NCBI GenBank assembly: GCA_048013815.1
Contig: CM106586.1
Location: forward strand, 1,054,001 to 1,118,000
Source of the DNA: Setoptus koraiensis
Taxonomy: Eukaryota > Animalia > Arthropoda
Length of the DNA stretch: 64,000 nt
Direction of reading: 5' to 3'
The notes beneath the pieces are model-generated. The model saw only the letters and a program-made list of their open reading frames with translations, was not told the origin of the DNA and made no database searches. Below, in pieces: positions 1-10,694 of this stretch. Within the stretch, counting starts at the first letter, position 1. Each line of letters starts with the position of its first letter. Both the position numbers and the translations under genes were made by a program.

Positions 1-478
1 GGAACTCCGCTCGTACTGACCCCTATTTCGATCTTTACCGACTCGGCCATCGGCCTCGCAAGCTTGCCTCGCTTCGGGTTCAGGGCTCCGCCCTCAACCC
101 TCGCTCGAACCGACAACCCTGGCCTTCGGCCGAGTAATTGTCACGCACCCGAACACCAGAAACAATGCGAATGCGTGCCAGGCTGAGTGCGGCTCGTGAG
201 ACGTCAGATGTGACTCGAACTGCGTGACCGGAAGTTGGTCCAACAGTGAATGGTGGATATCTCCTGAGTGGATGATTGTAAACGGTGGTATCTGGACCTA
301 TTCGAAAATACCTAAATTTCCAGTCTGAGGCACTCCTGGAAAATGCTTTTCCCCGTATCTCCGGAAGTAGATATTTCCGCACTTCCGGACCTTCAAAAAC
401 GTTCTTTTGGGCCGCTTCGCGGCCCTTGTGTGGAGTTTGAAGGAAATCGGGCTTGGTTGTTGTTCGCTACTACACCCC
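1..478. mobile_element. Right-hand part of a non-autonomous MITE-like element (GGG terminus, hairpin-rich core); left part lies outside the window
   Basis: Read on the minus strand from 478, the terminus (GGGGTGTAGTAGCGA...GCCCGAT...AAACT...CCCAAAA...GTCCGGAAGTGCGGAAA) has the same motif order as both termini of the 3169-4023 element. The core (45-135) is homologous to 3572-3706 and has hairpins at 82-94, 121-131 and 409-425. Confidence 0.65.
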
Positions 479-830
479 AATAAGCAAGTTAAGAGAACCG
501 AAAAACGTTGACGAGATAAGAAAAGTTTTGGGCCTTATAGGCTATTATAGGAAGTTTATTCATCGGTTCGCCGAACTAGCGGCGCCACTAACCGATCTCA
601 CAAGAGATGGAGAGAGATTCACGTGGGAACAAACCCTTGAAAATAGCTTTACCGCACTTAAAAAAGCTCTGCTAGAAAGTAGAGCAATCTCATTTTATAT
701 CAGGAACAAACCGTTGATGATCAAAACCGACGCGTCGCGATTGGGTGCGGCAGGCCTCTTAATGCAACTACAAGATGGTCAGTGGCGAATCATCAACGCC
801 ACTAGCCGACGATTATCTAGCTCCCCTGGT
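479..830 (+). pseudogene. Ty3/Gypsy LTR-retrotransposon pol fragment (RT thumb/connection and start of RNase H)
   Basis: ORF 453-881 contains VDEIRKVLGLIGYYRKFIHRFAELAAPLTDLT...FTW and the RNase H motif KTDASRLGAAGLLMQ. There is no upstream RT core, integrase or LTR, and similarity starts where the MITE terminus ends. Confidence 0.85.
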
Positions 831-1267
831 TGTTCTGTAAGATTTTTCTCCCATGGATGGAACACCCAAGAACTACACTAATTCACTTCTATGTTTCCCT
901 TTTTTGGTCTAAATTATATAAATTCTTTTATTTTTGATTTCATTGTTGAATAAAATATCGATTTTATTCATTGTCTTTTCTTTTGCTAAGGCTAAACGTT
1001 CTGGCTGTTAACCTCTTGGAATTTATATATCAACTATATTTATTTCATACATTGCTTACATATATATATATAACTACAGTATGTGTGTATACAACACTGC
1101 GCGTGACAAGTGAGTGCTTTTGTATATTCCAATACACACCAATTAGTCAATGGCGCACACTTTATTGTAGTGCATAGATTTCGAATTCCGAAGATCGAGC
1201 TATGACTATCGAACTTCTACCATCGGACCCAAGAACACTGTTCAACCAACTTTGAGCGAGCAGCTGG

Positions 1268-1870
1268 AACTCTTATCAGGAATTCGAATTTTCAATTTAC
1301 GAAGTTCGGATTGTTACCTTCGAACTCCGAACATCGAACTCTGACCATCGAACATCGAACGAGCATTTCCACCAATGGACATTATGTGCTCCTGGCAGTT
1401 AATTCGTAATTTACCACCATCAAAGCGAAATTGTACCTTGGGTCGAGCGAAATTCGATCTGGACCACTTCTGACAATCAAATGGTCGATACAATTTTGAC
1501 CCGTCAAGCGTTTCTCTGGTTAAGCATCCTCTACCAATAACTATGTTGTTGATAATTTCGTCTCCGGCGACAGGTCTTACGCATTTAGAGGATGAGTTAT
1601 AGAGAGTTCGAATTTTCAATTTCGAAGTTCGAATTGTGACCATCGAACTCTGACCATCGAACACTGACCATCGAACGTCGAACGAGCTGCCGTAACTCTT
1701 ATCAGAAACTCGAATTTTCAATTTCGAAGTTCGAATTGTGACCATCGAACTCTGACCATCGAACTCTGACCATCGAACACTGACCATCGAACGTCGAACG
1801 AGCTGCCGTAACTCTTATCAGCAATTCGAATTTTCAATCTTGAAGTTCGATTTGTCACCACCGAACTCCG
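1268..1870. repeat. Degenerate higher-order satellite: ~100-116-bp units containing 14-bp sub-repeats (GACCATCGAACTCT)
   Basis: CTCTTATCAG..TCGAATTTTCAATT..GAAGTTCGA recurs at ~1270, ~1600 (degenerate start), 1696 and 1812 (116-bp period between the last two). The 14-mer occurs 2-4 times in the better-preserved units. Confidence 0.85.
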
Positions 1871-3006
1871 TACAAATGTGACCTAGTCAAATCTCCATAG
1901 AATTGCATACGAAATATTTTCGAGTGAATAGACCAAGTCGAATCTAGATAGGAATACATGTGTAATGTCTAGCAGGATTCTCACAAATTTGACTAAGTCA
2001 AACCTCCATAGGATTACATAGTCACGTGAATAAACGTATCCAACATCACTACCCCAGTAGCTACTTAATTAAAACTAAGCGCTAAAAAATCAGTTCAATT
2101 TTTAGTCAAGTGCAAGTAACATCAAGAAAGTCCTCAAGATTTAGAAATATTTTACGTTGATAGAATTAATTTTGTGAACAAGTGTGACGATTTTTTCTTT
2201 CAACGTAAAATATTCCAGAAGACCCTCAAGAAAGAAGAAATAATTTGGACTAAAAAGGAAAACCACAGGGATACAGGATTGGACCGGGACGGAGGAAAAA
2301 GGAGGAAGGAAAGGATCCGAAGGTGAATAAGGGATTCCAACAGCAATTTCCATATGAGGAGTGAAACATATTATCAACGAGAACCAACGGAGACCAACAC
2401 ATGATCCGATGGCTCGTGAGCGATCGATGCTAACGATTCAATACTTCCAGGATAGAAACAACACAGGATACTATAACAGGATAACAACAGAATAACAACA
2501 GGATATAATTCAATGCTAACAATACAATACTTTCAGAAAAAATACAAGTAATACTGATCAAATCAGTATTTCGAGCGCTTAATTTTTTGAGTGGACGAGT
2601 ATCGATTGAAAATTTGGGGGCGTATATGATAACCAGTTAAAGTTCACAATCGATAAATTGATACATGTGTGGTGAATGAATATTACAGAAATCGTTGTTA
2701 TCACACTACGTAACCCCGTCAAATACCGCAGACAAGGTTGATTGAACGCGTAGGTGCAGTGATCTGAAATTTTCTCAGCTATTACGTAAAATGACCAAAT
2801 AATGCGTCTTTGGCCACAATAATTAATTTAGATACATACACCGAGAAGCAATGGCTCGATGTGTGTCATGTGATGCATTGTGTTCGTTCTGTGCAATCAA
2901 AATTCAAAACTGCTAAATAAAATATCGATTATGAAATAAATGCAACGTGTCGCTCGGCATTTTCTCTGTCTTCATCTATTTTCTTCTCTGTAATTCACAT
3001 TATCGC

Positions 3007-3085
3007 ACGCACTTCGGGGCTGCGCCCCGAAGGAGGTGCCTAGGTGTGCGGATGGGCCTTCAGCCCACTCGCATAGGCCGTCTCA
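3007..3085. repeat. Hairpin-rich repeat fragment related to the MITE core, interrupted by the pogo insertion
   Basis: CTTCGGGGC-TGC-GCCCCGAAG (9-bp stem) and TGGGC-CTTCA-GCCCA; similar to the GGGCGCAGCCC core at 3586-3596. Confidence 0.5.
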
Positions 3086-3168
3086 TACAGTAAAGTGTAT
3101 CTAAACGTCGCTTTTTGGGACCAGAATCTATGCGCCAAATTCAAGTGATCGAAATGAAAACAAAGAAA

Positions 3169-4023
3169 GGGTATTCTTGCGATTGGGTCCCAGCGCCGAT
3201 CATCACGAAACTTGACACACGGATCCAGCAGAGGCCCCTTATCATGGATTAGGTGGTCCGGAAGTGCGGAAACTTCTGGTTCCGATTTTACATAAAGTTG
3301 AAGCTAGAGCTCTGAAATTTGAGAATCAGGTAGATGATCCTAAGCGGAGCACGATGTAATCAAAATCAATACGGTATCACTTCCGGTTTGCTAGATATCA
3401 AGATTCAACTGAAATTTGAGGTGCGGCCGGGCCTCTGCGGTTGCGGTAAGCTGGCCCACACTGTGCACAGACTGCGCAACACCATGTGTCAGCTTGTAAT
3501 TCAGTTGTTCTTACTTGTCTCATCCTTATTTTTCATTCCCCCCTTCATTTGTGGATGGATTGCAGTCATGTGAGCGGAGGGTGGAGGGCGCAGCCCGATA
3601 CCCGAAGCGCTCATCAACCCCACCCGAAGGGTTCCCGTCGCACGTAGTCGTCGCGGGGCGACGACGGAGATGTGACAGCCTCCAGAGCACGAGGCCGAAG
3701 GCCGAGTTCTAAGAACAATTGCAGGCTCATCCCTGAGTGTAGCGAAGCATGAATTTGGCAATTTCCGGTCATTCACTTCGTGAGATATCGCCATAACCAG
3801 AGAACTGGAAGTGGTGAAGAGCTGAAATTTATGTCATCGTGTTAATCGTCATCTGAAACGTTAGTCTGGAGAGTTTCAACTCTCTAGAAGCAACTTAAGG
3901 TAAAACCGGAACCGGAAGTTTCCGCACTTCCGGACTACTTTTCCTAATGGTTTTGGGTCAAGATGAACCAGTACCGGAAGTTTCATTACAATCGGCGCTG
4001 GGACCTAATCGCTAGAACAACCC
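3169..4023. mobile_element. Nested MITE-like element (855 bp) with long imperfect terminal inverted repeats and a hairpin-array core
   Basis: 3169-~3295 is an imperfect inverted copy of ~3899-4023 (GGGT..TTCT.GCGATT.GGTCCCAGCGCCGAT...GTCCGGAAGTGCGGAAACTTC.GGTTCCG.TTTTAC), with weaker similarity extending to ~230 bp. It sits between the pogo stop codon and the pogo 3' TIR. No coding capacity and no clean TSD. Confidence 0.75.
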
Positions 4024-4062
4024 AAAGGAATATTCTTGAGTGAACTATATTTAATATTTAAA

Positions 4063-5320
4063 TTACTCAATCATCAGTCTATTGATATAATCCTCATATC
4101 CAAGTGAGTTGGCAAACACAGGGGTGAGTCTATTGAAGTTCTCAACCAAGTCTTGTTCATAGTCATTATCAAGAAACACAGTTGGCATGTCAGCTAGCTC
4201 TCGGTTGAAACCGCACTTCTTCCAACAATGAATTATATGCTTCGATTTAACATCGTCCCAAGCTGCCACTAACCAACCCAACGCATCTGGAAGACTAACA
4301 GACTTAACAATTTCTCAAATGTTCTTCTTCTCCTCATACAACTGCAGGACGCGAGACAGGAAACGAGAGATATACCTTGCTTTGAACTCTCTGATGACAC
4401 CCTGATTGAGAGGTTGAGTTATACATGTAGTGTTTTCAGGTAAGTAACTCATAGTTATGGCCGGGAGTTTGTTCATATCAATGTCTTCATGTGCTCTTGC
4501 ATTGTCAACAATGAGCAGAACTTTCTCTTCATTAGCGACCATCCAATCATTCCATTTTGTCAGCAGTAGTTCTAATATTTCACGAGCGATGAAGGATGAC
4601 TCAGTCCAATAATAATCTACCGGAAGTGAATTGTTGTGAGTTCTCTTTTATTGTTTCAACCATCTCGGCTTTTCATGTTTGCCAATCACAACCGGTCTCA
4701 GTTTCTTGCTAGATTATGAAGAATGCAATCGTCACTGCATCTTTGCACTTCTTCAGACCATGCCGTTTGGATCCTTTCTTAGCATAGCTGCGATTTGGCA
4801 AGAGCTTCCAAAAGAGTCTCGTTTCATCAAAATTATATATCTCATCGTTAAGGTAAGTATTCATTATTGTAGGAACAATCTCAGATTTGTATTTTTCAGC
4901 ACCGATGCTATCCGCGGAATGCAGTTCACTACATAATTGTCCAGGAGTTGTCATATGCCTTCGCCGAAAGCATCTCCACCAATCCTTAGATAACATGTTA
5001 GTTGCGCCTCGGAGCATACCCGCCTTCTCTCTTATTATCACTGTATTTATCGGCATACCTTGTTCTAATTTATCTTCGATGAACTCAAGCACTTTGGCAT
5101 TATGATCCACATCTATTTTATCCTCACGCATCCTTGTCAATTTTTTGTTGTATCTCATAGACACATTCATATAATAGTTCTTCTTCTGCAAAATCCTCTG
5201 TATCTGACGGACACTGACCTTAAACATTGATGCTAATATTCTTGATGTGTGATTTTCAGACATATTAATAATTTTCTCCTTCTCGCCCAAACTTAGATTT
5301 CGCCTCCTGGACGAACGCAT
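4063..5320 (-). pseudogene. pogo-family transposase pseudogene (HTH DNA-binding + DDE_1)
   Basis: Three ORF pieces (4709-5320, 4315-4542, 4063-4281) carry LSLGEKEKII (HTH), IREKA...SKDWWRCFRRRH (CENP-B HTH), YNFDETRLFW, LLIVDNARAH, LPENTTCITQPLNQGVI and AWDDVKSKHIIHCWKKCGF. There are frameshifts near 4710 and 4315, an in-frame stop near 4650, and the third catalytic Asp (QPLD) reads Asn. Confidence 0.9.
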
Positions 5321-5874
5321 CGTGGAACAACAATGAGATCTGAGGAAAATATCTTGGAATATTATCGAAATTTTGTCAAGTCATCGCCAGAACACGCATC
5401 TTGAGAGAACAAAACTATTGTTGGAACACGTGGAATCGAATTTGGCGGACATAAAAGTGCAAATCAACGGTGAAAATAAGCGAGAAACCATATGTAGCGA
5501 CATCTAGAGATTCGCGACGTTTAGATACACTTTACTGTACTTTGCTATGCGATCGCACCTCAATCGATTCCTGGTTGGCACATGCAATCGTCCACATCTC
5601 AGCTTAAATTAGGCACACTTACGTACAATCAAGTACTGTGGAATCAAAAAGCAGCATAGGTCAGATAGCGATGTAATCTATATGATGGTGATCAATGCGG
5701 ATAGCCATCAGTTATTTGTAGAAAATACCATTTCGTGTTATACAATATCTTTACAATACAATGAGTTTCATAAGAACATTAATTATAATTACAATTTGAT
5801 GTCAAGTATTGAAAAGCGCTGTGGAAACACTTCCGGTTCGAGATTGATGCATTGATGTGTAGGCTGGCCATTCA

Positions 5875-8800
5875 CTAGCTGATTCGTTGTGGTCCTCGCT
5901 GCTGATAGACATGGTCATCTACGTGGTCGTCAAAATTCACTCGATCATTTGTATCTACAGTTAAATCAGTTTTAATTAGACTCTGTGGCGATGTTGAGGA
6001 GTAATTGAACAATTTGTTTGAATTGACATCTTTAACTAATTGACCAATTGACTGATTATTACCCGATAGCTGTGACTGGCGACTGTTCTGCTGTTCTCGT
6101 AACTTATGCTCATTTTCATCTGTCGATGTCTTCATTGAATCACTTGTTGCTTTTTCCATTTGTGCTACGTTGTGCATCTTAAGAGGACTATTTGCCGTTG
6201 TTGCTAGTGGCTTGCTGGTGCGGGATTGTTGCTTGGCAACTAGTTTGTTATCGTCAGCTGTAGCCTCTAATGTGTTGTTTTTATTGGAGAGAGAAACGGC
6301 GCCGTATTTTCTACCATCATTTCCGGTGCCATCGGAAATCGAAGTTACTGTGTGAAGATGTTGCTGTGTTTCTTTCTGAGATCGTGAATCTTGAGTTCCG
6401 TTGGGTTTTTTCACCTTTGAGGGGTGAGGCTTGCGAGACCACTTGCGTCGATGATGCAGTTTCGTTTCCAGGTCACTCGGACTTATTTCAGCCTTGTGAG
6501 CCGATGAGGCGAGCTGAGAGACCCACTGCCTGTTCGCGTCTGGATGGGTTCTACACCAGTGATCATAAGGCTTCCGACGGCGATCCTTCCTCTTACAGGG
6601 TTTATGATTCTTGGTGCGATCGCGATCCTTGATTAATGCAACAGAATCGTGCCGATGGGTGCCCTCGTCAGACAATGTGTCCGACTCATCAGTTGACATA
6701 ACGGGATCAGTTTTACCTGACTTTTTTATCTGTCTAGTCTTTTGGTATATCAACTTTTTCTTATTGTGCCCGGCGTCATCATCATCACCGTCCCCGCCGC
6801 CTATGCCATCAAATGAACCAATAGGTGTGTCCATAGTTTCACTGTCAACAGGGTCTATCTCGACAGGTCTACTTCGAGCGTGTGTCATTTGTCTTCTACG
6901 TTGACTCGATCCTTTTGCGTCCGGTTCAAATCCAAAGAATTTAAATTGGTTACTATTTGGTGACTCCTCTGTCTCAATGAGACGCTCGCTAGTTTTTGCG
7001 CTCAATTTTTTGTTTATAGGTTTTGGTCTGGCACGCTTCACTTCATGTCCACCATCGCTCTTATCCTCGGGCTCATCCTCAGATTCTCCTTCTACGTCTT
7101 CCGGTTCGCCTGATGACTGCTCACCAGTCCCGTCCGACGATCTGTCATCCTCATACCTATCACGTCGGGACGAATCTTGGCCCCTACGGGCTCTGCTTCT
7201 GTTGCTGCGCTTGTTTTTTCTGCCTGGCCGCCTCCTGTTCTTTCGCATGCTATCCGTTGGTGCTTTTGGTGCCTTTTCATTTTCGCCATAGTTGCCGTCA
7301 TTGTTCATATCGTCATTTTGGATGGTCAATTTGAGACCGTCTTGTTTCATATGTGACGGCGTTGTGCTAATGAGTCCTTTATTGGCCGACGAAGAAGCCG
7401 ATCTCTTGCTAGAGGAAGAGGTAGCGTCTTGCCAGTTTGCGTCATTGTCATGAGTGGTAGCGGTTGCTACTGGCTTGCTGTCGACGGCCAGCTCTCTTCT
7501 AGCCTCGTCGCCCTTCTCCATGGGTTCATCTAGGAAGCCGTCATTGAAATACTGATCAAGATCCTGGCTGAGCTTATTCAATCTAGCTCCCACTTTGTCA
7601 CTAATGGGATATTCGCCTGCCAATGGTGTATCTGAGCTGCCACTAACAGTTGTTCTGCTGTCTGCCGTATCTTTATTTGTATTGTCGCCATCTAGAGACT
7701 GCCCCTTTTCGCTAGCTTTTTCACCGGAATTAGATTGTTCTTTTGTATTGTCCGATCGACCATTTTGACCATCCTTACTCAAAGCGTTCTCAATGAGCGA
7801 TTTCACTTTTATTGGTAGCCTCTTTCTTGTGTCAGCCGTTTCCGAGCGCGATTTATCCAATTTCTGCCTCATTAGGCTCTTGTCTCTTTGTCTAGCGATC
7901 TTACTATACTGATCATCACTATTATCACTGTTATCACTATTGTTAGTGCCTGTCGTCTGCTGCGAATCCGTTCCTGCCGAGTCGCTATTATCGGCCTGCT
8001 TCTCCATATTAATCATTTGTTTAATTTTGTTCTCATTATTGGACACTCTATTCCTGGTGTTTCTATTGTTGTTATTATTACCATTATTGTCACGCTTATC
8101 TACTGCTTTCTTATTATTTATCAATGTCGAGGCCATAGCATGACGAGCGTGATTTTTGTTTCTCTTTCTCTTGGATAATTTATCCTTTTCTTTTCGACGC
8201 TGTTGTTTGTCATATTCGTCCACGTCTGTCAGATCATCGTCATCAGTATCAGCCAGATCCTCTTCACCTTCGTCAATTGCTTCGCTTGATTTGTTTCCGT
8301 TGTTACCTGCTGCCGTCACCTGTTTTTCGGCCACTTTTGCCGCTGTCTTAGCTGCTATAAGATCAATAAGATCGCCCGCTACGTCATTTGACACAGTTTG
8401 CGACTTCTGATTTTTATCTCTTGTCATGGGTGAGTTATTGTTGTTGTTGTTGTTATTTTGAGGCTGCTTACTGTTGCCATGGTCGAGTTTTTGTTTTAAT
8501 TTATTTAACAGTTCCTCCAGATTCGCTTCATTCACTTTGTTTGATGTGTCGCTAGCTTGTTTGTTTGATGAGTCAGCGTTTTCTTTTCCTCTATCAGATT
8601 TATCATCCCATTTTCTATTATTTCTAATTGACTTTGTCTGTCTGTCGTCATTCATTTTCTCATCGCCGTCGCCCTGCTGCTCTGGATAGATATCATTGTC
8701 ATTGTTTGACAGTGACGACGAGCCTCTGAAGTTATTTTTGTTATTGTGATAATCTTGTTGTTGTGGGTCAAATTTATTATCACCTTGTTGCTTGTCTGAC

Positions 8801-9996
8801 AAATCCGAAGATGAAGTTGCCTGGGGATACTGTTTCCTATTGCTATTATACATCTGCTGCTGGTGTTGCTGTCGTTGTTGTTGTTGTTGGCGATTCTGGC
8901 GTTGCTGGTTCTGATGTTGGTGCAGGTCAACAATGTCGTCATTGATGAGATTGTTATCATCTACGGTCTCTATGGTCAATGGGGGATTTGTTAGACTGCC
9001 TCGATTCACATATGAAGCCATAGGTGGCGACTCAGAGCCATTAAACGGTTCCATTGCAGCCGATTGAAAGGGGTGCTGATGATGTAATGATTCAGGATCG
9101 TTATTGTTGTTGGCTGTTGTTTGTATACTATAGTGATTATATTGACCACGACCATCGCGAGTTGCCCCTTGATGATTATTGTTGCCGTGATTGCTTGCTA
9201 AGGGTCTCCGTTGAATTGACCTATATACAGGAACATGTGGGTGATCAAATAAATGAGATTGATGTTGCTGATGATGATGCTGATGGTGAAGTGGCTTACG
9301 CATCGGATAATGGCTAGACGGTGAAATCAATGCCGGCAGACCTAACGGATGCGTTATGACAGCTGGTGCAATTGGATCTGACGATAACGAGGGATATATG
9401 TGTATTGGATCAAACCAATGCGGTCTGTATATTTGATTGGCAGTAAGTAATTTGTTGTTCGACGATGATGATTGTTTCTCATCTCTTGTTCCTCCATCAG
9501 ATCTCTTATCTCTTGATGTGGTGGTTTCAGTTTTTCCAGAGTTGCTGTCAGTTTTAGTCGTGCCATTATTATTATTATTGGTCGTGTCACCTTTAGTTGT
9601 TGCCGAGCTAGTAGTAGGTATGGATTTGATAGTAAGTGAATTATTATCACTGGCTTGATTGCTTGTTGCCACTAACTGCTCACTATTGGCTGTCTTGGTC
9701 TTCAAATGATAATTGGATCTATCTGTGTTCTGTTGTTGTTGTTGCTCGTTATCTATAGGATCGCGCTGGTTTGATGTGTGGGGTTGATGCTGTTGTTTCA
9801 TACAATGGATTCCGACCGTGTTTGTTTGACCATGAAATGAATATAACAGTGTGAATATAGCCAATGACAAAATGATCGTGCGAGATATTTGATTGTGACA
9901 TCGCAACTGTAACTGCGCTTTTGATGATAGTTTTACTCTTGAAACCAACGAGGAATATCTGGAATATTTGCCGACGTGGCGATGGTGACGAGACAT
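5875..9996 (-). CDS. Hypothetical 1373-aa low-complexity, probably secreted or membrane-anchored protein
   Basis: Uninterrupted 4.1-kb ORF starting at ATG. One hydrophobic segment (TIILSLAIFTLLYSF, ~aa 40-54); the rest is N/Q/D/S/K/R-rich with many dibasic sites. No recognised domain. Confidence 0.75.
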   Translation of the reverse strand: MSRHHRHVGKYSRYSSLVSRVKLSSKAQLQLRCHNQISRTIILSLAIFTLLYSFHGQTNTVGIHCMKQQHQPHTSNQRDPIDNEQQQQQNTDRSNYHLKTKTANSEQLVATSNQASDNNSLTIKSIPTTSSATTKGDTTNNNNNGTTKTDSNSGKTETTTSRDKRSDGGTRDEKQSSSSNNKLLTANQIYRPHWFDPIHIYPSLSSDPIAPAVITHPLGLPALISPSSHYPMRKPLHHQHHHQQHQSHLFDHPHVPVYRSIQRRPLASNHGNNNHQGATRDGRGQYNHYSIQTTANNNNDPESLHHQHPFQSAAMEPFNGSESPPMASYVNRGSLTNPPLTIETVDDNNLINDDIVDLHQHQNQQRQNRQQQQQRQQHQQQMYNSNRKQYPQATSSSDLSDKQQGDNKFDPQQQDYHNNKNNFRGSSSLSNNDNDIYPEQQGDGDEKMNDDRQTKSIRNNRKWDDKSDRGKENADSSNKQASDTSNKVNEANLEELLNKLKQKLDHGNSKQPQNNNNNNNNSPMTRDKNQKSQTVSNDVAGDLIDLIAAKTAAKVAEKQVTAAGNNGNKSSEAIDEGEEDLADTDDDDLTDVDEYDKQQRRKEKDKLSKRKRNKNHARHAMASTLINNKKAVDKRDNNGNNNNNRNTRNRVSNNENKIKQMINMEKQADNSDSAGTDSQQTTGTNNSDNSDNSDDQYSKIARQRDKSLMRQKLDKSRSETADTRKRLPIKVKSLIENALSKDGQNGRSDNTKEQSNSGEKASEKGQSLDGDNTNKDTADSRTTVSGSSDTPLAGEYPISDKVGARLNKLSQDLDQYFNDGFLDEPMEKGDEARRELAVDSKPVATATTHDNDANWQDATSSSSKRSASSSANKGLISTTPSHMKQDGLKLTIQNDDMNNDGNYGENEKAPKAPTDSMRKNRRRPGRKNKRSNRSRARRGQDSSRRDRYEDDRSSDGTGEQSSGEPEDVEGESEDEPEDKSDGGHEVKRARPKPINKKLSAKTSERLIETEESPNSNQFKFFGFEPDAKGSSQRRRQMTHARSRPVEIDPVDSETMDTPIGSFDGIGGGDGDDDDAGHNKKKLIYQKTRQIKKSGKTDPVMSTDESDTLSDEGTHRHDSVALIKDRDRTKNHKPCKRKDRRRKPYDHWCRTHPDANRQWVSQLASSAHKAEISPSDLETKLHHRRKWSRKPHPSKVKKPNGTQDSRSQKETQQHLHTVTSISDGTGNDGRKYGAVSLSNKNNTLEATADDNKLVAKQQSRTSKPLATTANSPLKMHNVAQMEKATSDSMKTSTDENEHKLREQQNSRQSQLSGNNQSIGQLVKDVNSNKLFNYSSTSPQSLIKTDLTVDTNDRVNFDDHVDDHVYQQRGPQRIS

Positions 9997-10610
9997 TTTT
10001 TATTTATCATCTCCATTCACTGACCCTAGATATAAACTGACTTGCTGATGTGAAGCAATCTCATATCGGCAGTTGTCGACTATTACAAATACAAATTACT
10101 ATTACAATGACAAATAATAATTTTTATTATTATTATTGTTGCATGACCGACCTAATACGTGCTAATCTAATCATGAAATTGTTTCATAAATGTATCTAAT
10201 TATTGGTTGATTAGTTGTGATGGTGGCACTGATCAGCAATTGATTGATGATAATGCCAAGGCTGTTCTATGACAAGTGATAGCCGGCAGTATGTGTAAAG
10301 TGTTAGGTACTCTCTACTGTTCGAAACATAAACCAGGTCGATACCATTTTCAAGTTTGACAACAGCAAGCTACTAGATTGTCTTGACTGGACAGCGACAA
10401 CTGTCTGGCTAACTTTAGTGTGAACGATAGACAGACAGATCGACACAAACTAATTGTGTTACACAACAAGCAATACATAGCAAACAACTTGGCAGCTATC
10501 TCAACAACAGCCCATTTAACAATCAAGTCCAACATTGAATAGATTGTGCAATGTATCAGCAACATGTTGTGATGCTCCAGATAATGAAGATAGTTCTAGG
10601 TCTTATCGAC

Positions 10611-10614
<4 letters not shown>

Positions 10615-10690
<76 letters not shown>
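10615..10690. repeat. (AG)38 microsatellite
   Basis: Directly visible pure dinucleotide run. Confidence 0.97.

Positions 10691-10694
<4 letters not shown>

Larger units (their letters stand above)
3088..5537 (-). mobile_element. pogo/Tigger-type (Tc1/mariner superfamily) DNA transposon, 2450 bp, defective
   Basis: Perfect 24-bp TIRs CAGTAAAGTGTATCTAAACGTCGC (3088-3111) and its reverse complement (5514-5537), flanked by TA at 3086-3087 and 5538-5539. It encloses a CENP-B/DDE_1-type transposase pseudogene. Confidence 0.92.

Noticed and set aside
80-480. ORFs 80-382 and 298-480 (and 3334-3794)
   Set aside because: They lie within non-coding MITE-like sequence and show no recognisable protein motifs.
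1268-1870. Repeat-spacer-like look (possible CRISPR array)
   Set aside because: Units are degenerate with internal sub-repeats, there are no regular unique spacers or cas genes, and the context is eukaryotic; it is a satellite. ORF 1314-1787 is its translation.
2280-2560. Purine-rich tract and AACAGGATA-type repeats as a possible PPT/LTR of the Gypsy remnant
   Set aside because: No second LTR copy, TG...CA ends or PBS could be identified.
3540-3760. Possible hammerhead ribozyme or retrozyme in the hairpin-rich core
   Set aside because: No CUGANGA...GAAA catalytic core found by eye on either strand; the stems fit triloop DNA hairpins better.
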